This document shows, one piece after another, positions 38,258-47,407 of a stretch of 64,000 nt of DNA; the first letter of the stretch is position 1; each line of letters begins with the position of its first letter. A model generated the notes under the pieces. That model saw only the letters and a list, made by a program, of their open reading frames with translations. It had not been told where the DNA came from and searched no databases. Position numbers and translations under genes: made by a program. This DNA comes from a virus. Taxonomy: Duplodnaviria; Caudoviricetes. Where the stretch lies: positions 1,927 through 65,926 of the IMG/VR virus record IMGVR_UViG_3300050821_010560, one strand, 5' to 3'.

Positions 38258-38361
38258 AACTACGTTTTCCACATTATAGAACCTAGAATCGCTCCTAGAA
38301 GAATTATGATCACGTAAAACTGCCAATCTAGCATATGCCCTCCTCGCCAGCCGCAGGCTGG

Positions 38362-38577
38362 TCAGTAATATTTCTCCAGCCGCAACAGCGTAATGATCTC
38401 ATCCCCGGTCGGCCCCTGCGCGGTCGAGTAAGCAAAACGGAAACCGGCCTTGCGCGCCTCATCACTAAGAGCGAGAAGCGCCAAAAGATGGGGTTTCGCC
38501 CGCTCCTTGAGGTCGGCGGCTACCTCGGCATCGGACTTGCCGGGGACGATGCGGGGCACATTATCATTCTCCGACAT
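38362..38577 (-). CDS. hypothetical protein
   Basis: Start 38577 MSENDNVP. Confidence 0.5.
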   Translation of the reverse strand: MSENDNVPRIVPGKSDAEVAADLKERAKPHLLALLALSDEARKAGFRFAYSTAQGPTGDEIITLLRLEKYY

Positions 38578-38731
38578 CAGGTACCCTTTTTGCCGTGCAT
38601 ATCGTATGGCTGACGGTCGTCCGTCCGATGTAGTCGTGCACCCATTCTCTGGTATCCGTGCGGAAGCGGGCAACGTTGCCGGCATCGCAATGTGGGCAGT
38701 TACTTTTTATCCCATCTGAATTTGCGGACAT
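38564..38731 (-). CDS. 55-aa Cys/His hypothetical protein
   Basis: Hand-translated MSANSDGIKSNCPHCDAGNV...WVHD...HTICTAK; RBS GGAGG. Confidence 0.5.
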   Translation of the reverse strand: MSANSDGIKSNCPHCDAGNVARFRTDTREWVHDYIGRTTVSHTICTAKRVPDVGE

Positions 38732-39426
38732 GGCGGCACCTCCCGCTTCAGTATGCGCTCCACCTGCGGGATCATGAACGGCTTGCCGTTGCGGGCACGC
38801 ACGCCATGGCTCTCCAAGAGTCGAATGATCTGCATCGGACGCAGCTTCTGCCTGGCAAGCTCCTGAGCGAGGCGGATGGCGTGCTGCTCCTCCTCGACCG
38901 GCTCGAGGCGGGAGTCGCGGCCTTGGCCAACGACACGGAAACCGTAGGGCGCGGAATGACCGCCCATGAACCCGCCGCGGGCGCGCTTGCCTTTGCGTCC
39001 CTCCTCGGTCCGCTCGTTGATGCGCCCACGCTCGAAATCGGCGAAGGCGGCCAGCATGGCGAAGAACACCTTGCTCACCCCGTTGTCGGTGATCGGCGTC
39101 GTGCCAATATCAGCAAGGATGATACCAATATCACAAGCGCGCAAATCTTCCACGACATTAACGGCGTCCCTGGTCGAGCGGAACATGCGGTCGAGCTTGG
39201 AGGCGACGATCACATCCCCCTTGTCGGTGAGATCGAACAGCTGGCGTCCTGCCGGCCGCTTGAAGAACGGTATGGTGCCGCTGATGCCGGGATCGGAGAA
39301 GACGGCAATGTCGTTGGGCTGGCAGCCGCGCAGCGTGGCGATCGCCCGGCATTTGGATTCCTGATCCTCCAGGGAGGTTCCGGCTATCTGCTCGGCAGTG
39401 CTGACGCGCGTGTAGATGTACAGCAT
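38707..39426 (-). CDS. serine recombinase (resolvase family)
   Basis: YTRVSTAEQ, D.GISG...RP, KLDRMFRS, FADFER..I.ERT, PYGFR; TTGACA about 50 nt upstream. Confidence 0.9.
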   Translation of the reverse strand: MLYIYTRVSTAEQIAGTSLEDQESKCRAIATLRGCQPNDIAVFSDPGISGTIPFFKRPAGRQLFDLTDKGDVIVASKLDRMFRSTRDAVNVVEDLRACDIGIILADIGTTPITDNGVSKVFFAMLAAFADFERGRINERTEEGRKGKRARGGFMGGHSAPYGFRVVGQGRDSRLEPVEEEQHAIRLAQELARQKLRPMQIIRLLESHGVRARNGKPFMIPQVERILKREVPPCPQIQMG

Positions 39427-39445
39427 GATTCCCTCTCCAAGTGTC

Positions 39446-39649
39446 CTACTTAAGTAACACCCTGGGATCTATGTCAAGCACATATACGGCGATCATCATG
39501 AAAATTTCAGCAGAAACAGACTCTCCGCGATCCGCCCGTAAAATAGTAGTTGGGCTAACCCCCAAATCACGCGCAATTTCGCGCAAACCAAGCTTTCGTT
39601 GTCCACGAGTCCGCCTTAGCATTCTACCAAACTCAATCCAGTCGATCAT
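39446..39649 (-). CDS. XRE-type HTH protein
   Basis: LRRTRGQRKLGLREIARDLGVSPTTILRAD.G. Confidence 0.75.
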   Translation of the reverse strand: MIDWIEFGRMLRRTRGQRKLGLREIARDLGVSPTTILRADRGESVSAEIFMMIAVYVLDIDPRVLLK

Positions 39650-39660
39650 TCCGTCTTCGC

Positions 39661-40668
39661 CTACGGCTTCGGCGGGCGAGCCGCCGCCACTTGCTCGGAA
39701 ATCCAATCGTAAATCTTGGTCAGTCCGACCTCCAATGGGAGGGAAGGAGCCCAGCCCAGCTTCTCCTTGATCAAGCTGTTGTCGGAGTTGCGTCCCTGGA
39801 CACCGATCGGGCCGTGGATGTGCAGCGGGCGGACGGTTTTGCCGGCAATGCGAGCCGTCATCAGCAGCAATCCGTCGATCGTGATCGGCTGGTCGCTGCC
39901 GATATTCACCGGTCCCGAGAAATCAGAGTTCATCAGGCGCCGCACGCCCTCGATCGCCTCGTCGATGTAGAGAAAAGAGCGCGTTTGCGTGCCGTCGCCC
40001 CATATCTCAACTTGGCCGCCATCGGCAGCCTCGGCCACCTTGCGGCAGATGGCGGCCGGCGCCTTCTCGCGACCTCCGCGCCAGGTACCAAACGGTCCGA
40101 ACACGTTATGAAAACGGGCGATCTTGATGTCCATGCCAGAATTGCGGGCGTACGCCTGGTACAAGCGCTCGGAAAATAGCTTTTCCCAGCCGTACTCCGA
40201 ATCAGGATTAGCCGGAATGGCATCTATTTCCCGGCATCCAAGCGGATCTCCACGGTCCCAGTGAGGATTCATCTCACAATCACGGTAAACACACGCTGAC
40301 GAGGCAAAAAACACTTTACCAGCACTTATCTGTCGACAATTTTCTACGACATTCAGATTGATCCTCGCCGAGTTGGACAGGATAGCCGCGTCATTAGCTC
40401 CGGTAAAAACGAAACCGGCACCACCCATGTCGGCAGCCAACTGATAAACCTCATCAACATGCTTTTCCACTCTCGCTATACTTTGAAACAGCATGAAAAC
40501 AGATGCCGTATTGCGAAAGTCCACCATGGCGAACTGACTGCACGCCTCCTCGCTGAACTCCGGCACCTTTTTGTCGAAGCCATAGACGTAATACCCTTCG
40601 TCTTTAAGACGCTGGGCTAGATGCTGGCCGATGAAGCCGCTCGAACCGATAACGATCGCCCGCTTCAT
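39661..40668 (-). CDS. NAD-dependent sugar-nucleotide epimerase, GDP-mannose 3,5-epimerase-like
   Basis: GSSGFIG, YQLAADMGGAGF, ASSACVY, YGWEKL, REKAPAAICRKVA, WGDGTQTRSFLY. Confidence 0.9.
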   Translation of the reverse strand: MKRAIVIGSSGFIGQHLAQRLKDEGYYVYGFDKKVPEFSEEACSQFAMVDFRNTASVFMLFQSIARVEKHVDEVYQLAADMGGAGFVFTGANDAAILSNSARINLNVVENCRQISAGKVFFASSACVYRDCEMNPHWDRGDPLGCREIDAIPANPDSEYGWEKLFSERLYQAYARNSGMDIKIARFHNVFGPFGTWRGGREKAPAAICRKVAEAADGGQVEIWGDGTQTRSFLYIDEAIEGVRRLMNSDFSGPVNIGSDQPITIDGLLLMTARIAGKTVRPLHIHGPIGVQGRNSDNSLIKEKLGWAPSLPLEVGLTKIYDWISEQVAAARPPKP

Positions 40669-41948
40669 ACCGATACCTTCGGAAGACTCGAGTAGTCGAA
40701 CTGAAAATCGGTCATGGTCGGCTGCGGCTCGCGTGTCTCGATGCCGTGAAAGACGATGCCGGGGGTGAGCGCAGTCAGGCGTATCGGACGATAGCCGCCA
40801 GTCGGTACGGTCACCCGCAGGATCTGACCGGATTTTTCCGGGGGGAGCGACGGACTTACGTCGTAGCCGCTCTGCAGGTCGGTAACCTGGACTGCGCCTG
40901 CGGCGGATGAACCCCCAACGAGGAATTGGCAGGGACCATAAACTGGTACCGTCAGGAAATTACTAAACTCTACCGCCCGGTAAGCAAACGGACCGAAGCC
41001 CTGTGACCACTTCAACTGCCAATCTTTAGCGGTATGTCCACCTCCAAGCAGAAGCAACTGATGAGGAAAAACCGTGTAGAGGCCGGACTCAACACTATGA
41101 TGGATCTGTTTTCCCATGGGCAATACGCGCTCACCGGTACGCACCTGGCGCAAGTACGCAAAATAGTGCTGGTAAGCATGCTCATTCACGCGCGCACTGA
41201 CCGGCTGGCGGGCAAGGGTGAGCCCTTGGGCGGCTATATCCTCCATCATGCTCGCCTTGGACGGGGTGAGCGCCAAGGAAGCGAGCCCATGCGTGGCGAG
41301 GATGGCGTTCCACGACCAGTCGGCCGTGATGTGATGGTTGGAACCGCGGAAGGCCCAATAGGAACCGATGTCGATGCCGGACAGTTGCGCGAAGATCGTG
41401 CGGTTCTCAGCAGTCCAGCCGGTGCGGTAGTGGTTGAGAATGATGGTTGCCGCCTCACGGGTGAAGATGGTGTGGCCGGCGCCCAGATTGTGGCAGATGG
41501 CGTAGTCCGCCGAAGCGCCCTTGCGCGAAGGCGGATGGAGGAGGATGCGATCCTCGTAGCAGCGGGCGGAGACGGCACCGACCTCCATGCCATCGGCTTG
41601 TCCGCGATCGAACAGATCGATCGTCGGGTAGTACCAATCAGGGTCGAGGAGCACGTCGTTCTCGCACAGGCCGACGTGCGTGTATGCCTTGCCACCGACG
41701 TACTGCCCGTCTGCAGCAAGCATTTCTGTCAGCGCATAGACGATTGCCGCATCAGCACCGCCGACAACTCCCTGATGGATCTCCGTTACCGGATGCCCTT
41801 CTTCAAGGAGGAATGCTTTTCCTTCCTCCGTCTTGCTCCCATCGATCCAGTAAGTATCAAATTTGTCGGGCTGCAGCAGCGGCTCGATCGACCGCCTGGT
41901 CTTCTCCACACGGTCACGGGTCAGCAGTGCGATGGCTACCCGACTCAT
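40665..41948 (-). CDS. GT-A fold glycosyltransferase (GT2-like)
   Basis: VAIALLTRDR, IDGSK, HVGLCENDVLL (DxD-like). Confidence 0.65.
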   Translation of the reverse strand: MSRVAIALLTRDRVEKTRRSIEPLLQPDKFDTYWIDGSKTEEGKAFLLEEGHPVTEIHQGVVGGADAAIVYALTEMLAADGQYVGGKAYTHVGLCENDVLLDPDWYYPTIDLFDRGQADGMEVGAVSARCYEDRILLHPPSRKGASADYAICHNLGAGHTIFTREAATIILNHYRTGWTAENRTIFAQLSGIDIGSYWAFRGSNHHITADWSWNAILATHGLASLALTPSKASMMEDIAAQGLTLARQPVSARVNEHAYQHYFAYLRQVRTGERVLPMGKQIHHSVESGLYTVFPHQLLLLGGGHTAKDWQLKWSQGFGPFAYRAVEFSNFLTVPVYGPCQFLVGGSSAAGAVQVTDLQSGYDVSPSLPPEKSGQILRVTVPTGGYRPIRLTALTPGIVFHGIETREPQPTMTDFQFDYSSLPKVSV

Positions 41949-42193
41949 TTCGCCCTCGCAGAAGCGTCGAGAGAGGTGATCACCAGGGCGATGCCCGCCA
42001 CCTTCGCGCGGCGGGCGGAGATCTCGGCGAAAAAGCGGGCGGACATATCGATCACGTCCAGCTCTTTTATGAATGCCCGCTCGATCTTGTGGGCGGTGAG
42101 CGCGGACTTGCCGCGCACCACGAGGGTAACCTCGGACGGGTCGATATCATGGTTCAGGAGCCAGCGGTGGAACTCGGTGCAGGTTCGGATCAT
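41945..42193 (-). CDS. hypothetical protein
   Basis: 82 aa, coupled. Confidence 0.45.
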   Translation of the reverse strand: MIRTCTEFHRWLLNHDIDPSEVTLVVRGKSALTAHKIERAFIKELDVIDMSARFFAEISARRAKVAGIALVITSLDASARAK

Positions 42194-42393
42194 TTCTGCT
42201 GCTCCTGCGGCTTTTCCTTTAAAGCCTGCTTCTCTTGCTCCTTACGCTTTTCCGCAAGACGCTTTCGTTCAGTCAGCAACCAGCGTCGGGCCGCCTGCAA
42301 AGTACGTATATGCTGGTCCAGTTTTGCTAGATTGCAAGCCTCGGTCCCCACACAAACGTCAGGGCTATCGTCCGATCGAAGGGTCACGTGCAT
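42190..42393 (-). CDS. hypothetical coiled-coil protein
   Basis: Start 42393 MHVTLRSDD. Confidence 0.45.
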   Translation of the reverse strand: MHVTLRSDDSPDVCVGTEACNLAKLDQHIRTLQAARRWLLTERKRLAEKRKEQEKQALKEKPQEQQK

Positions 42394-43442
42394 CCCATCA
42401 CCTTCTCGCAGTCTTCCAGCCAGGCTTGTCCGCACTCCTTGACGATCGACGGGACGAAGGACGGAAGGAAAGTGTAGAGGTTGTGCATCTGATCGAGGAC
42501 CGTCGTGTCTTGCACCAGATACTGCCCATCCAGATATTCGGCGAGGTCTAGGATGTAGGTCATGCCCCACAGCTCGTCGTGCAGATCCTTCATCCAGTCG
42601 TGCGCGTTGCGCTGCTGGTAGACGAACGGCTGGCCGAAGTGGACGTGCAGGTTGCGCTCGCGCATCAGCCGTTGGCTGACGAGGGAGGCACAGATGTCGT
42701 CGTAGCGGCCAACACCGGACCACATCATCATCGCCGGGGTCAGCTCGCGGCGGAAAGCGGTGTTCTGGCTGTTGAAGACCGTACTGACGCGCGGATCGAC
42801 GACAAGGCCGGCATGCAGAAGCTGCGAGCAGCGGTGCACCTGCGGATCTTGCGAGATTCGGTCGACCACATGGATGTCGGGCGAGCCGAACCACAGGCCG
42901 GCAGCCACGCCGATCTGCACATCGACGACGTGCTCGATGCGCTGGACAGCCTCGTAGCAGCGGTCGATCGGAAAGCCGCGGTGGGTGATCGGCGGGTCGA
43001 AATAGATACCTACATCGAACCAATTGTCATTGGAGGTGCGGGTTACCGACAGACCAGAGAACGGTTTGTTCAGCAGGCCCCAGAAGCGGTATAAATAGGC
43101 CCGGTCCATGGGGATGTTGTCATCGTCGACCGTGACGATCACATCAGCACCCCATTTGAGGGCTTCGAGGAAGCCTATGTTTCTTCGCTGGATAGTGTTC
43201 CAACCAATCAGGTCGGAGCAGGCGTAGTCCAGTTCTTGCTGCAGCTCCGGAGAATAGTAGGTCGCCAGGCCAAGAGAGCGACAGAGGTCGTCCACCTCGG
43301 CATGCGGGGTCTTGCGGTCGCCGATGACGAAGAACTGCACCTCCGGGCCGTACTTGCGATAGAGTCTCAGAACGTGCGGAACGTTGATGGTGGTGGTGAC
43401 GAGCGCGATCTTGTCGGCTTGGCTACCGGTAGGCCCAGTCAT
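42384..43442 (-). CDS. STELLO/RGP-like (reversibly glycosylated polypeptide family) GT-A protein
   Basis: LVTTTIN.P, IGDRKTP, RRNIGFLEA...IVTVDDDN, HRGFP, FNSQNTAF, GRYDDI, QQRNAHD..KDL.DE. Confidence 0.8.
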   Translation of the reverse strand: MTGPTGSQADKIALVTTTINVPHVLRLYRKYGPEVQFFVIGDRKTPHAEVDDLCRSLGLATYYSPELQQELDYACSDLIGWNTIQRRNIGFLEALKWGADVIVTVDDDNIPMDRAYLYRFWGLLNKPFSGLSVTRTSNDNWFDVGIYFDPPITHRGFPIDRCYEAVQRIEHVVDVQIGVAAGLWFGSPDIHVVDRISQDPQVHRCSQLLHAGLVVDPRVSTVFNSQNTAFRRELTPAMMMWSGVGRYDDICASLVSQRLMRERNLHVHFGQPFVYQQRNAHDWMKDLHDELWGMTYILDLAEYLDGQYLVQDTTVLDQMHNLYTFLPSFVPSIVKECGQAWLEDCEKVMGCT

Positions 43443-43975
43443 GGCTTGACCGCCGGGGAAATCGTGAGGCATTCGGTGACGATGCGGAACTGGCCGTGGC
43501 TACCGTCCGGCGGGTCGTGCGGCACGCCCTCGTAACGATCCCGGCAGATGGCCTTGGGAATGTTCGGGATGTGCTCGAGCACGCGCTGCTCGCGGTCCTT
43601 CTCCTCTCCCCGCTTGCGCATCATGTCGTCGATCCAAAAGAGGTAGGACTCAGAGGCTTTCTTGTCGTCGAGGGCGGCTGCCCACTCGCGGAACTTGGTC
43701 AACTGGACTTCGTGAAGGTCGGGGGTGAGCTGGATCTGGTTGGGGATGGAGCGCAGGACGGCGAGGTCGTAGTCGCTGCAGGCGGGGTAGCAATGGGCGG
43801 GAATAGATCCGTCGATCGTTGCCGGCACCGGCTTGACCGATCCGCCCGAACCCATGACTAGCTGATTTACCGGTACGGATGTCCCGGTCTGTTTGACGAT
43901 GATCACGGTCGTCACGGCGATCACGGCAATGCCGAGCACCACGAAGGACCATGGGCGAACGGGATCTGGCATCAC
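43439..43975 (-). CDS. N-terminally anchored membrane protein
   Basis: FVVLGIAVIAVTTVIIV. Confidence 0.5.
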   Translation of the reverse strand: MMPDPVRPWSFVVLGIAVIAVTTVIIVKQTGTSVPVNQLVMGSGGSVKPVPATIDGSIPAHCYPACSDYDLAVLRSIPNQIQLTPDLHEVQLTKFREWAAALDDKKASESYLFWIDDMMRKRGEEKDREQRVLEHIPNIPKAICRDRYEGVPHDPPDGSHGQFRIVTECLTISPAVKP

Positions 43976-44149
43976 CTACACTCCGCATTTAGGACAACCA
44001 TGCACCCACTCCTCCCCAATCTTCCGGGTCCGCCAGCCGTCACGCTTGGCCGCGCTCCAGGTGGTGTCGAAGTCGTCGGTGTCGAGTGTGAAAGTCTTCT
44101 CGCAACTGTCACACTCGATGATCACGTTGCCGTGCTGGCGGTCGATCAC
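43976..44149 (-). CDS. 57-aa Zn-ribbon protein
   Basis: Hand-translated MIDRQHGNVIIECDSCEK...AKRDGW...HGCPKCGV. Confidence 0.6.
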   Translation of the reverse strand: MIDRQHGNVIIECDSCEKTFTLDTDDFDTTWSAAKRDGWRTRKIGEEWVHGCPKCGV

Positions 44150-44367
44150 TCAGCCAACTCCCAATCTTCCGCCAGGAGATCGGTTTGCGAGCAAAGCCAA
44201 GGGACGAGATCACCCTGTGCCGTGCTCAGGTAGACGTAAGGCAGCGTCATCTTCGAGTGCGCATCGGGCACCTGCAGATGCAACCACATGCCCTTACCGT
44301 TCCAACCGGAACGCCGCACCTTGTGACCTTCTTGCAGACGCTCTACCGCCCATCCGATCGTGCTCAT
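44146..44367 (-). CDS. tad2: DUF2829 / Tad2-family anti-Thoeris sponge protein
   Basis: AVERLQEGHKVRRSGWNGKGMWL...PYVYL...VPWLCSQTDLLAEDW is the DUF2829 signature. Confidence 0.8.
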   Translation of the reverse strand: MSTIGWAVERLQEGHKVRRSGWNGKGMWLHLQVPDAHSKMTLPYVYLSTAQGDLVPWLCSQTDLLAEDWELAE

Positions 44368-44609
44368 GACGCATCCTCCGGCAACGTAGCACGTTTAGGC
44401 TGGAAGATGCTGCGGTTGATTGCCATCCACGCCTGCTCGATATGGGTGCGGCCGACAGCGAGCCATCGCTGGTCCACATCCTTGCGGAGCTTGAGGCTGT
44501 CGAGGATGCGCAGCGTCTGCTCCTCCATCATCTTGTTTTTGTTGACCAGCTCGACGGATTCGCCGGACTGGGGCTTGTAGCCGTGCACGGGGAGAGGGTT
44601 GTGGTCCAT
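44364..44609 (-). CDS. acb2: Acb2-family anti-CBASS sponge protein
   Basis: GYKPQS.E.VELVN.NK...RWLAVGRTHIEQAWMAINRSIFQP matches the Acb2/Vs.4 pattern GY..LS...N..K...RWLA.GKT.IQ...MA..RA..QP. Confidence 0.75.
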   Translation of the reverse strand: MDHNPLPVHGYKPQSGESVELVNKNKMMEEQTLRILDSLKLRKDVDQRWLAVGRTHIEQAWMAINRSIFQPKRATLPEDAS

Positions 44610-44620
44610 CGGTCGCTCCT

Positions 44621-44657
44621 GGCTTGCCCGCCGAAGCCTCTTGGCGAAGGCGGGGTT
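44621..44657. repeat. palindromic element, intergenic
   Basis: GGCTTGCCCGCC-GAAGCCTCTTGGCGAA-GGCGGGGTT. Confidence 0.75.
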
Positions 44658-45324
44658 ACGGGGTGTCTACCTTGCCCCAATTAGCGAAGCCGGCCGTGAA
44701 CAGATACGGGTTTTGTGCGGCCTGCTCCGGGTCGAACTCGTAGTCGTCGAGGATCTTGAGCGCATCCTCGTGCGCGGTCACGTTCCCTTGGTTGGTCTCC
44801 ATTGCGCGCTCGATGGATGCAATCTGCCAGAGGATGGACTTTTTCAGGAAGTCCGCGTTCTTGGCCTTCGGTTTTTGTTTGAGGCGGACCTCGACACGGC
44901 GGAGGATCTTGACTATGCGCTCGGCTGCCTGCTTGGACTCCTTTGCCTGGCGGCGCATATCGGCGATCTTCTGGACCAGATGCTTGCGCAGCGCATCGAC
45001 GAGGTCGACGGTGCACGGATCGGCGCCTTGGCCGGCTGCATGCTGTGCCACCACATTTTGCAGAAGTCCCCAGAGGATGCCGACCGGCGCGGACATGGCG
45101 TTGTCCGGCTCGTCGTCGACCGTGCCGGTGCGGTCATAGCGGGAACGGGATTTCGGATCGGACAGTACCTGATTGGCGCGGTTCACGTCGGCGAACTCCT
45201 TGGAGGAGCCGCCGTGATCGGGGTGCGTTTGTTTGGCACGCTTGCGGTAGGCCAGCTTGATCTCCTCCGGCGTGGCGGTGCGGTCGATGCCGAGGATGAC
45301 GTAGAGATTCGTCTGGAGGTTCAT
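44656..45324 (-). CDS. J-domain (DnaJ-like) protein
   Basis: LYVILGIDRTATPEEIKLAYRKRAKQTHPDHGG...LSDPKSRSRYD. Confidence 0.9.
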   Translation of the reverse strand: MNLQTNLYVILGIDRTATPEEIKLAYRKRAKQTHPDHGGSSKEFADVNRANQVLSDPKSRSRYDRTGTVDDEPDNAMSAPVGILWGLLQNVVAQHAAGQGADPCTVDLVDALRKHLVQKIADMRRQAKESKQAAERIVKILRRVEVRLKQKPKAKNADFLKKSILWQIASIERAMETNQGNVTAHEDALKILDDYEFDPEQAAQNPYLFTAGFANWGKVDTP

Positions 45325-45518
45325 CCCGGATCTCGCGCCTCGCCCTCGCTCATCGTGGCGTCCGCCGCCCGCACAACATCAATGGCGGCTCGCGCCATTT
45401 TCAGGAAGAACTCCTTGTCGTCATAGGCTTCCCATTCCTCGTCGGACATGCCGTCAAAGTTTAAGTAGGATTGTAGGATGGCGCGGGCTGTTTTTAGTTC
45501 CAGATCCTGGGAGGTCAT
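45321..45518 (-). CDS. hypothetical protein
   Basis: 65 aa. Confidence 0.5.
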   Translation of the reverse strand: MTSQDLELKTARAILQSYLNFDGMSDEEWEAYDDKEFFLKMARAAIDVVRAADATMSEGEARDPG

Positions 45519-45530
45519 CTGTCTGCTCTA

Positions 45531-45563
45531 GGCTTGCCCGCCGTAGCGCAGCGAAGGCGGGTG
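45531..45563. repeat. palindromic element, intergenic
   Basis: GGCTTGCCCGCC-GTAGCGCAGCGAA-GGCGGGTG. Confidence 0.75.
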
Positions 45564-45596
45564 TTCGAGATGTGGTACACCGGGTGGGAGGGGGTG

Positions 45597-46397
45597 TCAA
45601 GCCGGCTCCAAAATATTTTCGCGATGAAATCGCTTTCGATGCGTATGTAGTGGGATGGTAAGCGCTTCCTGTAACGTCCACCCGAGCTGAAGACGCGCGT
45701 AAACCACCGAGTACTTCAATCCATGCTGTTTACACAGCCCTACAAGAAATGCTGGTTCACCCTTATTAGTTACTCCTCTCGACACGTAATTACGTACAGG
45801 AACTGTAGATGCCCGTCTTAAAGACCATCCTTTGTTATATCGAGAAAGAACTGTTATATAATTCCATCCTTTTTTCTCACACAATTCAATGAGCAGCACA
45901 CGCTTTTTTCGATACATCACATGCACCGAATCACGACGATTGCGCTGTTGCTCACCGTTCGTAGCCCACCGACAGTTGCCTGGTTCGTAGTTACCATTCA
46001 CATCCTTGCGATCAATCGAATGCTTCGGGCTCGGCTTCTTACCCATATCCTCCAAAAAATTCGCGAACCGATCCCAGCGCTCACAAATCCTAATACCCCG
46101 ACCTCCGTAGGTTTCATATTTCTTCCGTGCCGGATTCAAACACCTATCACGCATTTTAGCCCAACATCGGTACTCAGGCCAATTCAGCTTGCCCAGCCCA
46201 AAATCACCCCAGTAGTGTCCTGCAATACCACAAGTCTTTTTTCGGCCCTGATGAAGCACGTCGCTACGAACAATAATCTCCTCACCACAATCACAGCGAC
46301 ATAACCAAGCCGCGGCTCGCTGCTTTCTACCAGCTCGGCGTACAACGGTAAGAGCATAAAAACGCCGCCCTTCTAAAGGTGCTGCTCGACTACGCAT
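45597..46397 (-). CDS. HNH homing-endonuclease-like protein
   Basis: WLCRCDCG, W.KMRDRC.NP...YGGRGI.ICERW..F.NFLEDMG...SIDRKDVNGNYEPGNCRWAT. Confidence 0.85.
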   Translation of the reverse strand: MRSRAAPLEGRRFYALTVVRRAGRKQRAAAWLCRCDCGEEIIVRSDVLHQGRKKTCGIAGHYWGDFGLGKLNWPEYRCWAKMRDRCLNPARKKYETYGGRGIRICERWDRFANFLEDMGKKPSPKHSIDRKDVNGNYEPGNCRWATNGEQQRNRRDSVHVMYRKKRVLLIELCEKKGWNYITVLSRYNKGWSLRRASTVPVRNYVSRGVTNKGEPAFLVGLCKQHGLKYSVVYARLQLGWTLQEALTIPLHTHRKRFHRENILEPA

Positions 46398-46784
46398 AAT
46401 TTTATTTTAAAAATATTTTTTACGTGAGTCAATCCAAAAACTATTTGGGGTACCAAAGGATGGGTAACTTGAATCCTATTCCCGCGTAACCCAAGCGGTA
46501 TGCAAATACCCTCAAGCACCAGGCCATAAGCTACACACGTCACACGAGATATAGCGACGTATTGTCGCAAGGAAGCCGAATCGGTTAGTCGATCGACACA
46601 CCTCTAAACCCTAGAAACAGCGGAATAAGCCCTAATATCAGGCTTAAACATAGGCGCCTAGCATGCGCCGTGGGTCACATCGTTGTAACGACGTTACTGC
46701 TAGGTGGTATAAGGGTTTGCAATGGGTCTCCGGAGACCTTTTTTATTGCCTGAATAGGTTCGAGTCTCGATATAGCGCCTAGCC

Positions 46785-47144
46785 ATGCCTGCAGTCCAAT
46801 ATTCCGACGACAACCTGCGCGCGCTCGCAAACCACCCGAAAAGGATTCGCAACTGGGTAGTCCCCCGCAACAAGCCCATAGCACCTGGCGCCGTGATCGA
46901 GGCAGTCACGCAAGCCCTATTTCCATGGGAGCAGCGTTTTGATTATCCCGGCCGAATACGCGGGCTAGTAACCCTATTCCGGGGTCGAGTAACTAAGTGG
47001 GCAATCCGCGAGTGGCGCCGTGGCCGCAACCCGACCCCACAATGGGCTCTCGATCTAGTCCTAACCGAGCTGCACAAGCGCCGCGCCGCACTAGACCACG
47101 CCATCGCACTAATAGAAGCGCACAACAAAAAACCCGCCGATTAA
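46785..47144 (+). CDS. hypothetical DNA-binding-like protein
   Basis: VTKWAIREWRRGRNPTPQW resembles an HTH end; isolated plus-strand gene. Confidence 0.45.
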   Translation: MPAVQYSDDNLRALANHPKRIRNWVVPRNKPIAPGAVIEAVTQALFPWEQRFDYPGRIRGLVTLFRGRVTKWAIREWRRGRNPTPQWALDLVLTELHKRRAALDHAIALIEAHNKKPAD

Positions 47145-47156
47145 GGCGGGTCTCTT
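47127..47156. terminator. intrinsic terminator between convergent genes
   Basis: AAAAAA CCCGCC GATTAA GGCGGG TCTCTT. Confidence 0.65.
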
Positions 47157-47179
47157 GTGATCTCAGCTGTTAGCGCGAA

Positions 47180-47407
47180 TCAGCGCCGCAAAATGTGTTG
47201 CACCGCTTCAAGTAGCTGCCGCGTCGCCTTTTCTGCATCCATATGTTCAGTCGCCGAATTGCCCCGCGTCACGAATTGTTCGTACACGTCATAGCAAAAC
47301 GATAGGCGCTCGATTGCTTCTTCCTGCTTAGTATAATGATCCGCGATTTGACGCATCCTTTGTCCATATAGCATTACCGTGACCCTCCGAATGTCTGAAG
47401 CGCCCAT
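47180..47407 (-). CDS. small early hypothetical protein
   Basis: ORF track; start uncertain. Confidence 0.4.
   Translation of the reverse strand: MGASDIRRVTVMLYGQRMRQIADHYTKQEEAIERLSFCYDVYEQFVTRGNSATEHMDAEKATRQLLEAVQHILRR

Noticed and set aside
41034-42551. 505-aa plus-strand ORF
   Set aside because: Antisense shadow of glycosyltransferase-cluster genes in GC-rich DNA; no motifs
46400-46780. Physical genome end or terminal repeat
   Set aside because: Non-coding and plausible by position, but no repeat or cos site can be shown from this window alone
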